A stretch of 64,000 nt of DNA from assembly GCA_963693055.1 (NCBI GenBank), contig OY843751.1, forward strand, positions 576,001 to 640,000. Direction: 5' to 3'. Within the stretch, counting starts at the first letter, position 1, and each line of letters opens with the position of its first letter. The stretch is from a bacterium. Its GTDB lineage: Bacteria; Zhuqueibacterota; Zhuqueibacteria; Residuimicrobiales; Krinioviventaceae. The translations under genes and the position numbers were made by a program. Below are positions 40,550 to 49,506 of this stretch, piece by piece. Under the pieces are notes generated by a model, which saw nothing but the letters and a program-made list of their open reading frames with translations, was not told where the DNA came from and searched no databases.

Positions 40550-41447
40550 TCTCTAGCAAAACTCCGAACATCAGGTCACGCAGACTGACATGTGCCAATG
40601 ATAATTGAAAATGCTCTAATATTGTATCAACCAGAGTTGCACCGGTGAAAATAACATCACTCCTGTCAGGATGCAAACCGATTATTTGTTTCCGTTCCTG
40701 AATTGTCTTAACAAATAAATCCGCTAAAATATTTTGTAAATTTCTTTTTTCAATAACGGATTTGTGAGATTGCTCTCCATTGCGGATGTCAATTTTTCTA
40801 TCCATCATTGCCAGTGTGGTTGCCGTACCTCCAACAAAAATGACAGCCTCTGCCTGAAAAGGCTCAAGTTGATTTTTAAGGGTGGCTAAAGTAAAGCTAC
40901 GCAATTTATCCGCTTCCTCCTGTGTTGGAGGATCATTATGGATAAAGCGAGTAGTCAGGCGACGGCTGCCAATGTCGAGGCTTTTATATTTCAGAATATT
41001 GTTATCTCGGGCAAAAATAAACTCTGTACTTCCACCACCAATATCACAAACCAGATAATTGCCACGCATTTCAAAATCGCTCATTGCACCATTAAAACTC
41101 ATTAATGCTTCAGTATCCCCGGATAATAACCTGGGTTTAATACCTGAGTGACTCAAAATGAGGTCAAAAAACGCGTCACGGTTTTGGGCGTCACGTGTTG
41201 CACTGGTTGCAAAAGCTTTAACTTTTTCTGCTTTGTATTGCTCTATGATTGTTTTATAATCAGCAATTGCATGAACAACACGCATCATGGCTTCTTGGGA
41301 AAGATTGCCCTGTGCGTCAAAACCTTTTCCCAGACGGGTTATGGTATCTATCATTTTTAGCGGAGTGAGGGAACCGTCCGGTTTTTTTTCTGCAATTAGC
41401 AGTCTGGTTGAATTGGTTCCAATATCTATAGATGCAATAATGGACAT
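40542..41447 (-). CDS. ppx: Ppx/GppA exopolyphosphatase, short form
   Basis: DIGTNSTRL, ATSATRDA, DIGGGSTE, GGTAT and R.DVI. Confidence 0.88.
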   Translation of the reverse strand: MSIIASIDIGTNSTRLLIAEKKPDGSLTPLKMIDTITRLGKGFDAQGNLSQEAMMRVVHAIADYKTIIEQYKAEKVKAFATSATRDAQNRDAFFDLILSHSGIKPRLLSGDTEALMSFNGAMSDFEMRGNYLVCDIGGGSTEFIFARDNNILKYKSLDIGSRRLTTRFIHNDPPTQEEADKLRSFTLATLKNQLEPFQAEAVIFVGGTATTLAMMDRKIDIRNGEQSHKSVIEKRNLQNILADLFVKTIQERKQIIGLHPDRSDVIFTGATLVDTILEHFQLSLAHVSLRDLMFGVLLENE

Positions 41448-41490
41448 ATAGGGGTATTCGTGTTTTAAGGGTGTTGGATACAGTTATATT

Positions 41491-41808
41491 TTAGTCGTTA
41501 CCCAGTTTAATCAGTATCATTTCAATAGTATCATTGATTTTTTTAATATCTTTGATCCGGCCTTTTTGAGGCTTTAATTTTAATAATTTCAGGCTTTCCA
41601 GCATTTCAGCAAGTTCATCTCTGTCTTGAGCGCCTTCGGGCAGGTCCTGCAATTCCGATGCTGTCAGGTTGTTAATGCTCCACACCATTTTAGCTTCAAG
41701 ATTGGCTTGGTACCGTTGTACAATATCGCGAAACTGAATACGTAATGCAGTCACTTCAGCGATGATTTCCTGGCGCAGCTTTTCCGGATTTTTCTTTTTA
41801 TCTATCAT
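41491..41808 (-). CDS. Small helical protein with basic C-terminal motif
   Basis: 105 aa; overlaps the upstream kinase stop by 4 nt; KLKPQKGRIKDIKK. Confidence 0.75.
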   Translation of the reverse strand: MIDKKKNPEKLRQEIIAEVTALRIQFRDIVQRYQANLEAKMVWSINNLTASELQDLPEGAQDRDELAEMLESLKLLKLKPQKGRIKDIKKINDTIEMILIKLGND

Positions 41809-42494
41809 TTGGCTTTCTGTAACAAGAGTTCAATTTTTTTTTGCATATCCGCAGCTATGGTTCGTTGTGTACGGTTGCCGTTAATCATTTCAAAGTCATA
41901 TTGGTCGTGCAAGTTGCTGAATTCTGTTTTAATTTTGCGTTGATATTTGATAAAGCTTTCAAATACATCGCGAGATAAGCGGATATCCATGCCTGATTCC
42001 CAATAATCCAGTTGGTTTTTCTTTTGAAAATTTCTTTCAATCAGAAATCTGGGAGAAACATCGAGATAAAAAACCGCATCGGGAACCAATGCAAGGTTTT
42101 CATAAATGTTTTTCAACCAATCCGGATTAGCACCGCGAACAATGTCACGTGCCATTAATGTATAGATATATCTGTCTGCAAGCACAATAAACCCAGCCCG
42201 CAAAGCCGGAATGATAGTGTTTTCCATCTGGTCTGCAAAATCGGTTGCATAAAACAGACTCAGAGTGACAGGACTGAGAATGTTTCCCTGCATTGCCTGT
42301 TCCAGTTCCGCGCTTACCAGGTTTGAACGTTTTAATCCGACATTCACGGTTGCGTGACCGCTTCCTTCAAGCCAGTTGGTAAGGAGTCGTATTTGCGTTG
42401 AACGACCTGAACCATCTGCACCTTCAACTACGATCAGTTTTCCCGCCAGTTTATTTACATCGCAGCCGGGGATTCCCTTGCCGTAAAATTTCAT
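41805..42494 (-). CDS. Thymidylate-kinase-like protein B (Walker A Lys replaced by Arg)
   Basis: Start MKFYG; EGADGSGRSTQ; DFAD; LADRY; ARD.VRG; ESGMD. Confidence 0.85.
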   Translation of the reverse strand: MKFYGKGIPGCDVNKLAGKLIVVEGADGSGRSTQIRLLTNWLEGSGHATVNVGLKRSNLVSAELEQAMQGNILSPVTLSLFYATDFADQMENTIIPALRAGFIVLADRYIYTLMARDIVRGANPDWLKNIYENLALVPDAVFYLDVSPRFLIERNFQKKNQLDYWESGMDIRLSRDVFESFIKYQRKIKTEFSNLHDQYDFEMINGNRTQRTIAADMQKKIELLLQKAK

Positions 42495-42504
42495 GATAGT
42501 ATCC

Positions 42505-43185
42505 TTACTTTTTAAGTTTGAACGATGGTAAATCGAAACGTTCATTCACGAGTTCACGAACAGTTTGTTGCTGCTGATCAACAGGTGCTGTTGCATCTAT
42601 GATTGTAAAATTAAATTCTTTTGCCATATTGTCATAAGCATCATTAATGCGTCCCTGAAAAATTCTAAAACTTTCATAGGGATCGGGAGACAGGTTCAAG
42701 TCCATACCTGCTTCATGATATTTTAATTCCGGCCGTCCTTCAAGAATCCGGTTAATTGCCGTGTTGGGGTTGAGTTTGAAATAAAGTGTAACATCTGGAA
42801 CTGAGGCAAAACTGTAATTGCTTTTTACCCAATCAGGATCGCAACCTCTAACCGTGTCACGCGCAAATGCAGTAAAAAAGTATCTGTCTGCTAATACAAT
42901 GTAACCGGCGCGCAATAAAGGCCAGATCTGACGTTCATAACGGTCTGCAAAATCTGTACAGTGTATAAGAGAAAATGTTGTGGGTGTGAGTAGCTGACGT
43001 TTTTTCCCTTTTTTAGTTGCAGCTTTGACCAGTAATGAAGAATTCCACTCTGTGAAAAATACTTTATACTGTTCAAGCTCCAACCAACGCTTGAGCAGGT
43101 AAATCTGTGTGGATTTTCCTGATCCATCTAATCCTTCCACGGCAATCAGGCGGCCGGGTGCGTTGTGCTTTTGTATCTTGACCAT
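42505..43185 (-). CDS. Thymidylate-kinase-like protein A
   Basis: EGLDGSGKSTQ; DFADR; LADRY; ARD.VRG; EAGMD. Confidence 0.88.
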   Translation of the reverse strand: MVKIQKHNAPGRLIAVEGLDGSGKSTQIYLLKRWLELEQYKVFFTEWNSSLLVKAATKKGKKRQLLTPTTFSLIHCTDFADRYERQIWPLLRAGYIVLADRYFFTAFARDTVRGCDPDWVKSNYSFASVPDVTLYFKLNPNTAINRILEGRPELKYHEAGMDLNLSPDPYESFRIFQGRINDAYDNMAKEFNFTIIDATAPVDQQQQTVRELVNERFDLPSFKLKK

Positions 43186-43261
43186 AATTTTTCCATTTTT
43201 AAAATTATAAAAACATAATTTATTATTAATAATTCAAGAAAGCAAGGGAATATGTAAAATA

Positions 43262-44107
43262 TTACTCGGGAAGTTTAAATTTGTCTTTTAATTCTTTGAC
43301 AAAATCGACAGTTTTACGGATATCTTTAATCTGTTCTTCACCTGCAATTTCACGTTCAATAGTAAACGTGCCTTTGTAGTCCAGTTCGAATAATGTTCTA
43401 AAGAAATCCTGAAACAATACATCCCCGGTACCTGCCAGTACTTCGGTTCCCCATTCTTTTCCCGGATCTTTCGCCCACAAGGCGTCTTTAATGTGAACAC
43501 TTTTAACATAATTGCCAAGCAGTCGAAGTGCTGAAAGGGGTTCTCCCGCACCATATAAAATCATATTTGCAGGATCAAAATTAACCGCCAGATTTTCACG
43601 ATTTACAGATTCAATAAAGTTTAAGAGTATTTTGGCTTTTTCCTGACCGGTTTCCAGGTGCACGCGCATATTTCGTTCTCCGCAATAGTCGCAGAGTTTT
43701 TGTGTGGCATCTACAAGCCGGGTAAATGTTTCGGATTTGATCTTTTCAGGTATAAAGCCTATGTGCATTCCAATAGCAGGTATGTTCATGGATTTAGCAA
43801 AGTCTGCAATTTCAATACATTCCTGAAAACGCGACTCAAAAGTATCTGCGGGAGCAAGGCCTACTGTCTCTTCAACTTTTTGAATGCTATCATAACTTTC
43901 GCCTTCAAAGCCGCAAAACAAGATGGTGATCTCTATGGATGCGTCTTTGAATAGTTGTAATAGTTCTTTTTGTTTTTCTGCTGTACGCTCACCCTGCGGT
44001 GGAGTCAGCACCTGTGCTGTAGGAATATCCAAAGATTTGGCGGCGTTTAGACGAGTAACCAAGTGTTCATCGGGAATAATAAATATACCAAGAGGATTTT
44101 TGTCCAT
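43262..44107 (-). CDS. Sugar phosphate isomerase/epimerase (AP_endonuc_2 TIM barrel)
   Basis: LETGQE, NFDPAN, HIKD, G.G and IERE. Confidence 0.87.
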   Translation of the reverse strand: MDKNPLGIFIIPDEHLVTRLNAAKSLDIPTAQVLTPPQGERTAEKQKELLQLFKDASIEITILFCGFEGESYDSIQKVEETVGLAPADTFESRFQECIEIADFAKSMNIPAIGMHIGFIPEKIKSETFTRLVDATQKLCDYCGERNMRVHLETGQEKAKILLNFIESVNRENLAVNFDPANMILYGAGEPLSALRLLGNYVKSVHIKDALWAKDPGKEWGTEVLAGTGDVLFQDFFRTLFELDYKGTFTIEREIAGEEQIKDIRKTVDFVKELKDKFKLPE

Positions 44108-44230
44108 TTGAAAAACCTGCTTTGTTATAATAGATAATATGTTTAAATTTGATATAATTTTCTAATATAGTAAAATTGTTTCCGGTTGTCAAGCTTTTCA
44201 GGACAGCCTGCTGATATTAAAGGAATTGTT

Positions 44231-45250
44231 ATGAATAAAAAATTTGACTGGAAAATAGCGGCGGGAATACTCGTCAGTCTGTTTTTTATGTATTTTGCCT
44301 TCCGCAAAGTAGATATCTCTCAAATGGGTTCGGCATTTGCAAAGGCCAATTATTGGTATTTGTTGCCAGTTGTGGTTATTCTGTTATTCAGTCATTTACT
44401 TAGGGCCTGGCGATGGAAGTTGTTGCTGACCCCGCTTGGAAATATCAGTATGCTGAATGTTTATTCCGCGCTCATGATTGGTTATATGGCAAATACCTTT
44501 GTGCCCGCACACCTGGGTGAGATTTTTAGGGCATATGTTGTGGGACGAAAGAGCGAAATTTCTTCTAGTGCTGTATTTGCCACGGTAGTGGTTGAGCGTG
44601 TGCTGGATATGATAAGCCTTGTTGTTTTGTTGGCGTTAACGCTGGTTATTTATCCATTTCCGGATTGGGTGAAAAAAAGCGGGTATATTTCTTTTGTGTT
44701 TATTGCCGTATTTGTTGCGGTGTTGGTACTTTTGAAGGTATTCAAAGAACCCGGTTTAAAGCTTTTAAAAAGAATATTGAGTATTTTTCCTGAAAAATTT
44801 AGTCTTACAATTTATGACCTGGTTAAATCCTTTTTGGATGGTATTGTTCCTCTGAAACATTGGCACCATTATTTCACAATCGTTGTTATAACGGTATTTA
44901 TGTGGGCCTGCTATGCTTTTATTTTCAATCTTTCCTTTTATGCTTTTGATTTTGTAAATGCTTATGATGTGCCCTGGAAAGCATCTTTAGCGCTGCTAGT
45001 TGTAACGACAATCAGTATTGCTGTGCCTTCATCTCCCGGATATGTGGGGACTTATCATTATCTTTGTCAGCAGGGTTTGAGCTGGTTCAATGTGCCTGAA
45101 AGTGAAGCGCTCAGCTTTGCATTTGTGGCGCATGGTATGAATTTTATACCTGTTTTGATACTTGGATTTTTCTTTTTGTCTTACGAAGGGTTGAGTTTCA
45201 GGAACCTGCAGAAAAAGCCAGATATACCTTTGACTGAAAAAACAGATTAA
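44231..45250 (+). CDS. Lysylphosphatidylglycerol-synthase TM / flippase-like (UPF0104) membrane protein
   Basis: RAWRW, N..VP.HLGE..R, ERVLD and PSSPG.VG. Confidence 0.87.
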   Translation: MNKKFDWKIAAGILVSLFFMYFAFRKVDISQMGSAFAKANYWYLLPVVVILLFSHLLRAWRWKLLLTPLGNISMLNVYSALMIGYMANTFVPAHLGEIFRAYVVGRKSEISSSAVFATVVVERVLDMISLVVLLALTLVIYPFPDWVKKSGYISFVFIAVFVAVLVLLKVFKEPGLKLLKRILSIFPEKFSLTIYDLVKSFLDGIVPLKHWHHYFTIVVITVFMWACYAFIFNLSFYAFDFVNAYDVPWKASLALLVVTTISIAVPSSPGYVGTYHYLCQQGLSWFNVPESEALSFAFVAHGMNFIPVLILGFFFLSYEGLSFRNLQKKPDIPLTEKTD

Positions 45251-47649
45251 ACCATTAAAGCACTACTATATTCATCATTAACCGTATCGACCTGAATGAT
45301 CACCGGCAGCATATCTTTGATCGGTTCAATATGGGTAATGATGAATACCTGCCTGAACTGGGTTGAAAGCTGCCCCAAAGCTGTTAAAATTAAATCACGT
45401 CGCTCTGAATCCTGCGATCCAAAAATCTCATCTAAAACAATAAAGTTGACCGGTGCACCACCACTGCGTTCAGCTACAATCTGGCTGATTGCTATGCGTA
45501 AACAGAGATTGGCAAGATCCTGCTCTCCACCGGAAAACCTACCAATGGGAAAGGATTCGCTGCCGTCATAAATACGGATGTTGTAATCGTTGTCCAGTTC
45601 CATCAGGTTGTAACGCGAGTGTGTAGTCAGAGCAAGTAATGCGGATGCCTGTTGTGCGATGAGCGGCCGCACCCGGGAAGCCAATTCGGACCGGAATGTG
45701 CCAAAATGTTTATCCAGAGCATTGAGATACAGGATCTCTTCTTTGATGGTTTGTATATTGTCCCGAATTTCTTTTTGTGCTTTAATTTCAGACTCTATAG
45801 CATCAAGCCGTGTTTTGAGTTCGGCAAGCTTTTCACGGGAACCGGCAAGCACTTGTTTTGCCTCATCGGCTTCACGTGACTGCATATCTACCTGGCTCTT
45901 TGAGGTATTGTAAGCAGTTGGGTCAAAATTAAGGTTTTTTTGACGATCAAGCAGGGATTTGATATCATTTTCGAGCTGTTTGATGTTTTTGTCTGTAATA
46001 GAAATATCTTTTTCTACTCCGGACTTTCGTTTAACCTGCTCTTCGGCACGAGCGGTTTTATTTTTGATCTCGAGCAGGGACTCATATTGAGCTTTTAAAG
46101 CGTCATGTTCATCTTTAGAGTAGGGAGTGTCTCCCAACTGGTCCAGTTCTTTTTGAACAAGCTCGAGTTGTTGCGTATAGCTTGTAATGGTTTCCTGGAT
46201 TCGGTTTTGTACATCAACCGCTTCAAGGGCTCGCTGTTGTTTTTTAAACAACTGTTCACGTTCACCGCGTATTTTGCGAATGGATTGTTCGGTTTCTTTG
46301 AGCTTTTCATCTATATCTGCTTCTTTATTTTTGAGCGAAACCAGATCTGCTCGCAGCTTTTTTAAAAGCTGGTCCATTTCTTCAGAAACGGAATGCAGAT
46401 GGTCTCCCAGTCGCTGTGAACACAGGGGGCATTTACCATCCGGTCCAATCTCTTTGAGCTGATCCAGTTTTTTACGCTCTTTTTGTCCCTGCTCGGTAAT
46501 AGCAAGTGTTGAACCTTTAATCTCTGTCAATTGCTGCTGCAAATGTTTCTGTTTTTCTTCAGCCTGTTTTTCCTGCCCGGACAACTGATCGATCTGTTTT
46601 TCAATTTCTTTCAGGTCCTGAGCTTTTGCCTGATATTCGGAAAATCGCTTTTCTTCGCGTGAGATGTTTTCCTGCATGCGCATTTGTTCTTTTAATCGCG
46701 ATTGGCGGGCAGTATCATTAAGCTGTTCACGGTCCATCTGTTCTTTTTTGGCTTTGATCTCGCTAAAGGGGGCAAGCTGGATTTCCAGTTCTTTTAATGT
46801 TTTTTCTGCCTGCAGGATGTTCTCAAGATCGGTTTGAGAGCGGGACAACATCTCGTTGCTGCCTTCCAGGCTTGAACGAGTACGACCCAGTTGAGAGTCA
46901 AGGTCGATAAACTGCTCGCGCAATACTGAAAGTTTTTCAAATTCGGTTTTGCTCTCGGCAAGTGCTTTGGTTTTTTGTTCTACAAGATCGGTTTGGTTTT
47001 TAACGGTTTCGGTTTGTGTTGTGTGGGATTTTTTTATATCCTCAAGTGTTTGCTTCAATTCATCAATATCTTTTAATGAGGAAACCTGGCCGTTCATGAA
47101 CTGTTGTTTATTGTTGCGGTCGATACGGACTTGTTTACGAGCCGAATCGATTTTGTCTATACCAATTAATCGGTTAATGCTTTTACGGCGCTCTTCAGGT
47201 GACAGGGAGGATAGCTTGTCAAGGTCCTTTTGTCTTGCAAAAACCGAAGCGGTAAAAGCGTTATAATCCAGTTGCAACAGGTTCTGGATGAACTCGTCTA
47301 CGCCACGGTCCTGCACCGCTACAGGATCGTCGTTACCATCCCGGTAAACCGCAGCTTCACTGGTAGCGTTTTTCCCCTTGAGCTTGCGGACAATCTTGTA
47401 TTCATGATCACCAAAATTAAAGGTCATTTCCACAATGCATTGAGATTTATCCGGGGCGTTTTGTGAACGGATATCCTGTTTTTCAGTCCTTCCCAGGCGG
47501 TTACCGTACAAAACCCATCCGATGGCTTCTATCAAAGTGGATTTACCAGAACCATTTCTGCCTATTATGCCGATGAGGTTTTCAGGGAATTCCAGTTCGA
47601 GTGAGCTGAAACGGCGATAATTTTCCAATTTGAGTGTTTTTATGATCAT
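45247..47649 (-). CDS. sbcC: SbcC/Rad50-family SMC-like ATPase
   Basis: Start MIIKTLKLENYRRF; GRNGSGKST; long coiled coil with zinc hook CPLC; FSGGE; LDEIFGSQD; IITH. Confidence 0.88.
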   Translation of the reverse strand: MIIKTLKLENYRRFSSLELEFPENLIGIIGRNGSGKSTLIEAIGWVLYGNRLGRTEKQDIRSQNAPDKSQCIVEMTFNFGDHEYKIVRKLKGKNATSEAAVYRDGNDDPVAVQDRGVDEFIQNLLQLDYNAFTASVFARQKDLDKLSSLSPEERRKSINRLIGIDKIDSARKQVRIDRNNKQQFMNGQVSSLKDIDELKQTLEDIKKSHTTQTETVKNQTDLVEQKTKALAESKTEFEKLSVLREQFIDLDSQLGRTRSSLEGSNEMLSRSQTDLENILQAEKTLKELEIQLAPFSEIKAKKEQMDREQLNDTARQSRLKEQMRMQENISREEKRFSEYQAKAQDLKEIEKQIDQLSGQEKQAEEKQKHLQQQLTEIKGSTLAITEQGQKERKKLDQLKEIGPDGKCPLCSQRLGDHLHSVSEEMDQLLKKLRADLVSLKNKEADIDEKLKETEQSIRKIRGEREQLFKKQQRALEAVDVQNRIQETITSYTQQLELVQKELDQLGDTPYSKDEHDALKAQYESLLEIKNKTARAEEQVKRKSGVEKDISITDKNIKQLENDIKSLLDRQKNLNFDPTAYNTSKSQVDMQSREADEAKQVLAGSREKLAELKTRLDAIESEIKAQKEIRDNIQTIKEEILYLNALDKHFGTFRSELASRVRPLIAQQASALLALTTHSRYNLMELDNDYNIRIYDGSESFPIGRFSGGEQDLANLCLRIAISQIVAERSGGAPVNFIVLDEIFGSQDSERRDLILTALGQLSTQFRQVFIITHIEPIKDMLPVIIQVDTVNDEYSSALMV

Positions 47650-47799
47650 GTTGTGAACCCTTTTTGGTGATATATAATATAAAGAAAAATGTGAAAAATT
47701 AACATGAATTTTTATGAAATACTTGTTTTTTTTGTCAATCTTTATTATATTCAATGCTACAACTGTGTTTACAAGCGAGTTTATATATAGGAGATTCTC

Positions 47800-48000
47800 A
47801 TGGCTAAGAAACAAATGACATTTGAACAAAAGGTGAGCAAAGGCCACGCTCCCAACGACAAATACGTACAAGTTGTATGTGCTTATAAATCAGAAGCAGA
47901 TACCTGGAAATACAAACAAAAAAATGTACGTATTCCTGATGGACAAAATGAAGATCAGGTTGTTGACAGTGAGATTAAAAGAATTCAGGCTACTGCATAA
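47800..48000 (+). CDS. Small basic protein, DUF4295/ribosomal bL38-like
   Basis: AGGAG SD; MAKK...YVQVV..YKS...TWKY pattern recalls DUF4295. Confidence 0.45.
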   Translation: MAKKQMTFEQKVSKGHAPNDKYVQVVCAYKSEADTWKYKQKNVRIPDGQNEDQVVDSEIKRIQATA

Positions 48001-48018
48001 AAATAAAGGCGAATAGCT

Positions 48019-48285
48019 ATGCCAGTTAGCAAAGAGTTGTTGGAAATTTTATGCTGTCCCAAGTCCCGGGTTTCTTTGTTTGAATTGACTGGTGATCAGA
48101 TCACCCGTTTGAATGAGCAAATTAAATCCCGTGATGTTCAATATGTGGATGGTAAAAAGGTTGACAAACCCTTGCAAGAAGGATTGATCACCGAAGATAA
48201 AAAAACGATCTATCGGGTAGATGACGAGATCCCTATTATGTTGATTGATATGGGCATTCCGGTAGAGCAGTTTAAAGATTTTTGA
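48019..48285 (+). CDS. Trm112-family protein
   Basis: ELLEILCCP...YRVDDEIPIML. Confidence 0.85.
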   Translation: MPVSKELLEILCCPKSRVSLFELTGDQITRLNEQIKSRDVQYVDGKKVDKPLQEGLITEDKKTIYRVDDEIPIMLIDMGIPVEQFKDF

Positions 48286-48304
48286 TTGTGATTTTATTGA
48301 TTTC

Positions 48305-48340
48305 AAGGGTGTACAAGTGTATTGTGCACCCTTTTTTTTT
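48305..48340 (+). terminator. Rho-independent terminator
   Basis: AAGGGTGTACAA-N5-TTGTGCACCCTT followed by a T-run. Confidence 0.85.
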
Positions 48341-48359
48341 ATTTTAAACGGGGTATATT

Positions 48360-48716
48360 ATGAAAATAAAAAATTCTACAATTATACCTGCGGCGGGTGA
48401 ACCGCCCAAGATCATTGAAGAGTTTGTTGGCCGGGTCAATTCCAATACATCGGATGTGAGCATTGCACGCATGAAAAGCCCTTCCGGGTGGAGCGAACCC
48501 CCGCAAATCCCCGAGTTTGATGAATATACCGTTGTACTAAAAGGCGCTTTGCATATCGTAATGGACGATCAGGAATTTGACGTAACTGCGGGAGAATCCT
48601 TGATCGTACCCAGGGGTACTCGGGTTCAATACAGTACACCGGGGCCTGATGGGGCCGAGTATTTTGCCGTATGTATTCCGGCATTTTCACCGGATACGGT
48701 ACACCGGGAAGAATAA
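48360..48716 (+). CDS. Cupin domain protein
   Basis: GWSEPPQ.PEFDEYTVVLKG...AGE...P.G...YSTP. Confidence 0.85.
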   Translation: MKIKNSTIIPAAGEPPKIIEEFVGRVNSNTSDVSIARMKSPSGWSEPPQIPEFDEYTVVLKGALHIVMDDQEFDVTAGESLIVPRGTRVQYSTPGPDGAEYFAVCIPAFSPDTVHREE

Positions 48717-48820
48717 TCGTTTTTTATATCCACATCTATAAAATTTATTAATATTTTACACAAACCGCATGTTAATGTAGACGCCGGTTTGTGTCTGGTT
48801 ATTTTGGAAAGGTTTGACCT

Positions 48821-49408
48821 ATGTGTAATTATTTGAAAATTGCTGAACAGGACATGAAACGTGCGCATGAGATTATTAGTGAAACCGGTGTTTTGGAAGC
48901 ATGGCAGTCAATTGGCGCAACTGTGAATCTGGTTGGTTCATTAAAAACTGAACTGTTAATGAATAATCTGGATATTGATTTTCATATCTATTCGGAAGAG
49001 ATTGATGTTGCAGCGAGTTTTTGCGCTATCGCAGCCATCGCTCAAAATCCACGTATCAAAAATGTTCAATATGTAAATCAAATGGACACGGATGAAAAAT
49101 GTTTGGAATGGCATATTGATTATATTGATACGGATGAGCGCAAGTGGAAGATTGACATGATCCATATTCTTAAAGGCTCATTGTATGACGGATATTTTGA
49201 AAACGTAGCAGACCGGATTGCTGCGGTTTTAACTCCAGAAACGCGTAGTGCCATTTTGTCCATTAAATATGATTTGCCGGATGATGAAAAAGTAATGGGG
49301 ATTTTGATATACCAGGCCGTCATTCGGGACGGGATACGAAATTATGATGAATTTAAATCGTGGAAAGAACAAAATCCGGTTGACGGTATTATCGAGTGGG
49401 TGCCCTGA
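48821..49408 (+). CDS. Hypothetical protein, probable pol-beta nucleotidyltransferase fold
   Basis: LVGS...LDIDFH with a third Asp in WKIDM. Confidence 0.6.
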   Translation: MCNYLKIAEQDMKRAHEIISETGVLEAWQSIGATVNLVGSLKTELLMNNLDIDFHIYSEEIDVAASFCAIAAIAQNPRIKNVQYVNQMDTDEKCLEWHIDYIDTDERKWKIDMIHILKGSLYDGYFENVADRIAAVLTPETRSAILSIKYDLPDDEKVMGILIYQAVIRDGIRNYDEFKSWKEQNPVDGIIEWVP

Positions 49409-49506
49409 TCTACAGGTTTGCTCGTTCCAGACGCAGCAGTTCCGCTTTCATATCCCAACCGCAATTGAGAAATGTCAATAGTTATTGTCAACCGTTTTAA
49501 GGGTGG

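Noticed and set aside
40530-40560. Programmed frameshift or sequencing error fusing ppx to the HD gene (A7 runs at the junction)
   Set aside because: The Ppx has short-form C-terminal features and the HD gene has its own ATG in an ordinary 8 nt overlap; this cannot be fully excluded without reads
41805-43185. Calling these genes tmk
   Set aside because: Tandem paralogy, a Walker A Arg in one copy, the missing REPG motif and the Ppx context argue against housekeeping dTMP kinase
45900-47100. Repetitive-looking K/E/Q-rich sequence
   Set aside because: Explained by the SbcC coiled coil; not a DNA repeat
49410-49500. Possible 3' gene remnant on the minus strand (..FLNCGWDMKAELLRLERANL*)
   Set aside because: About 23 codons with no recognisable family; too short to support
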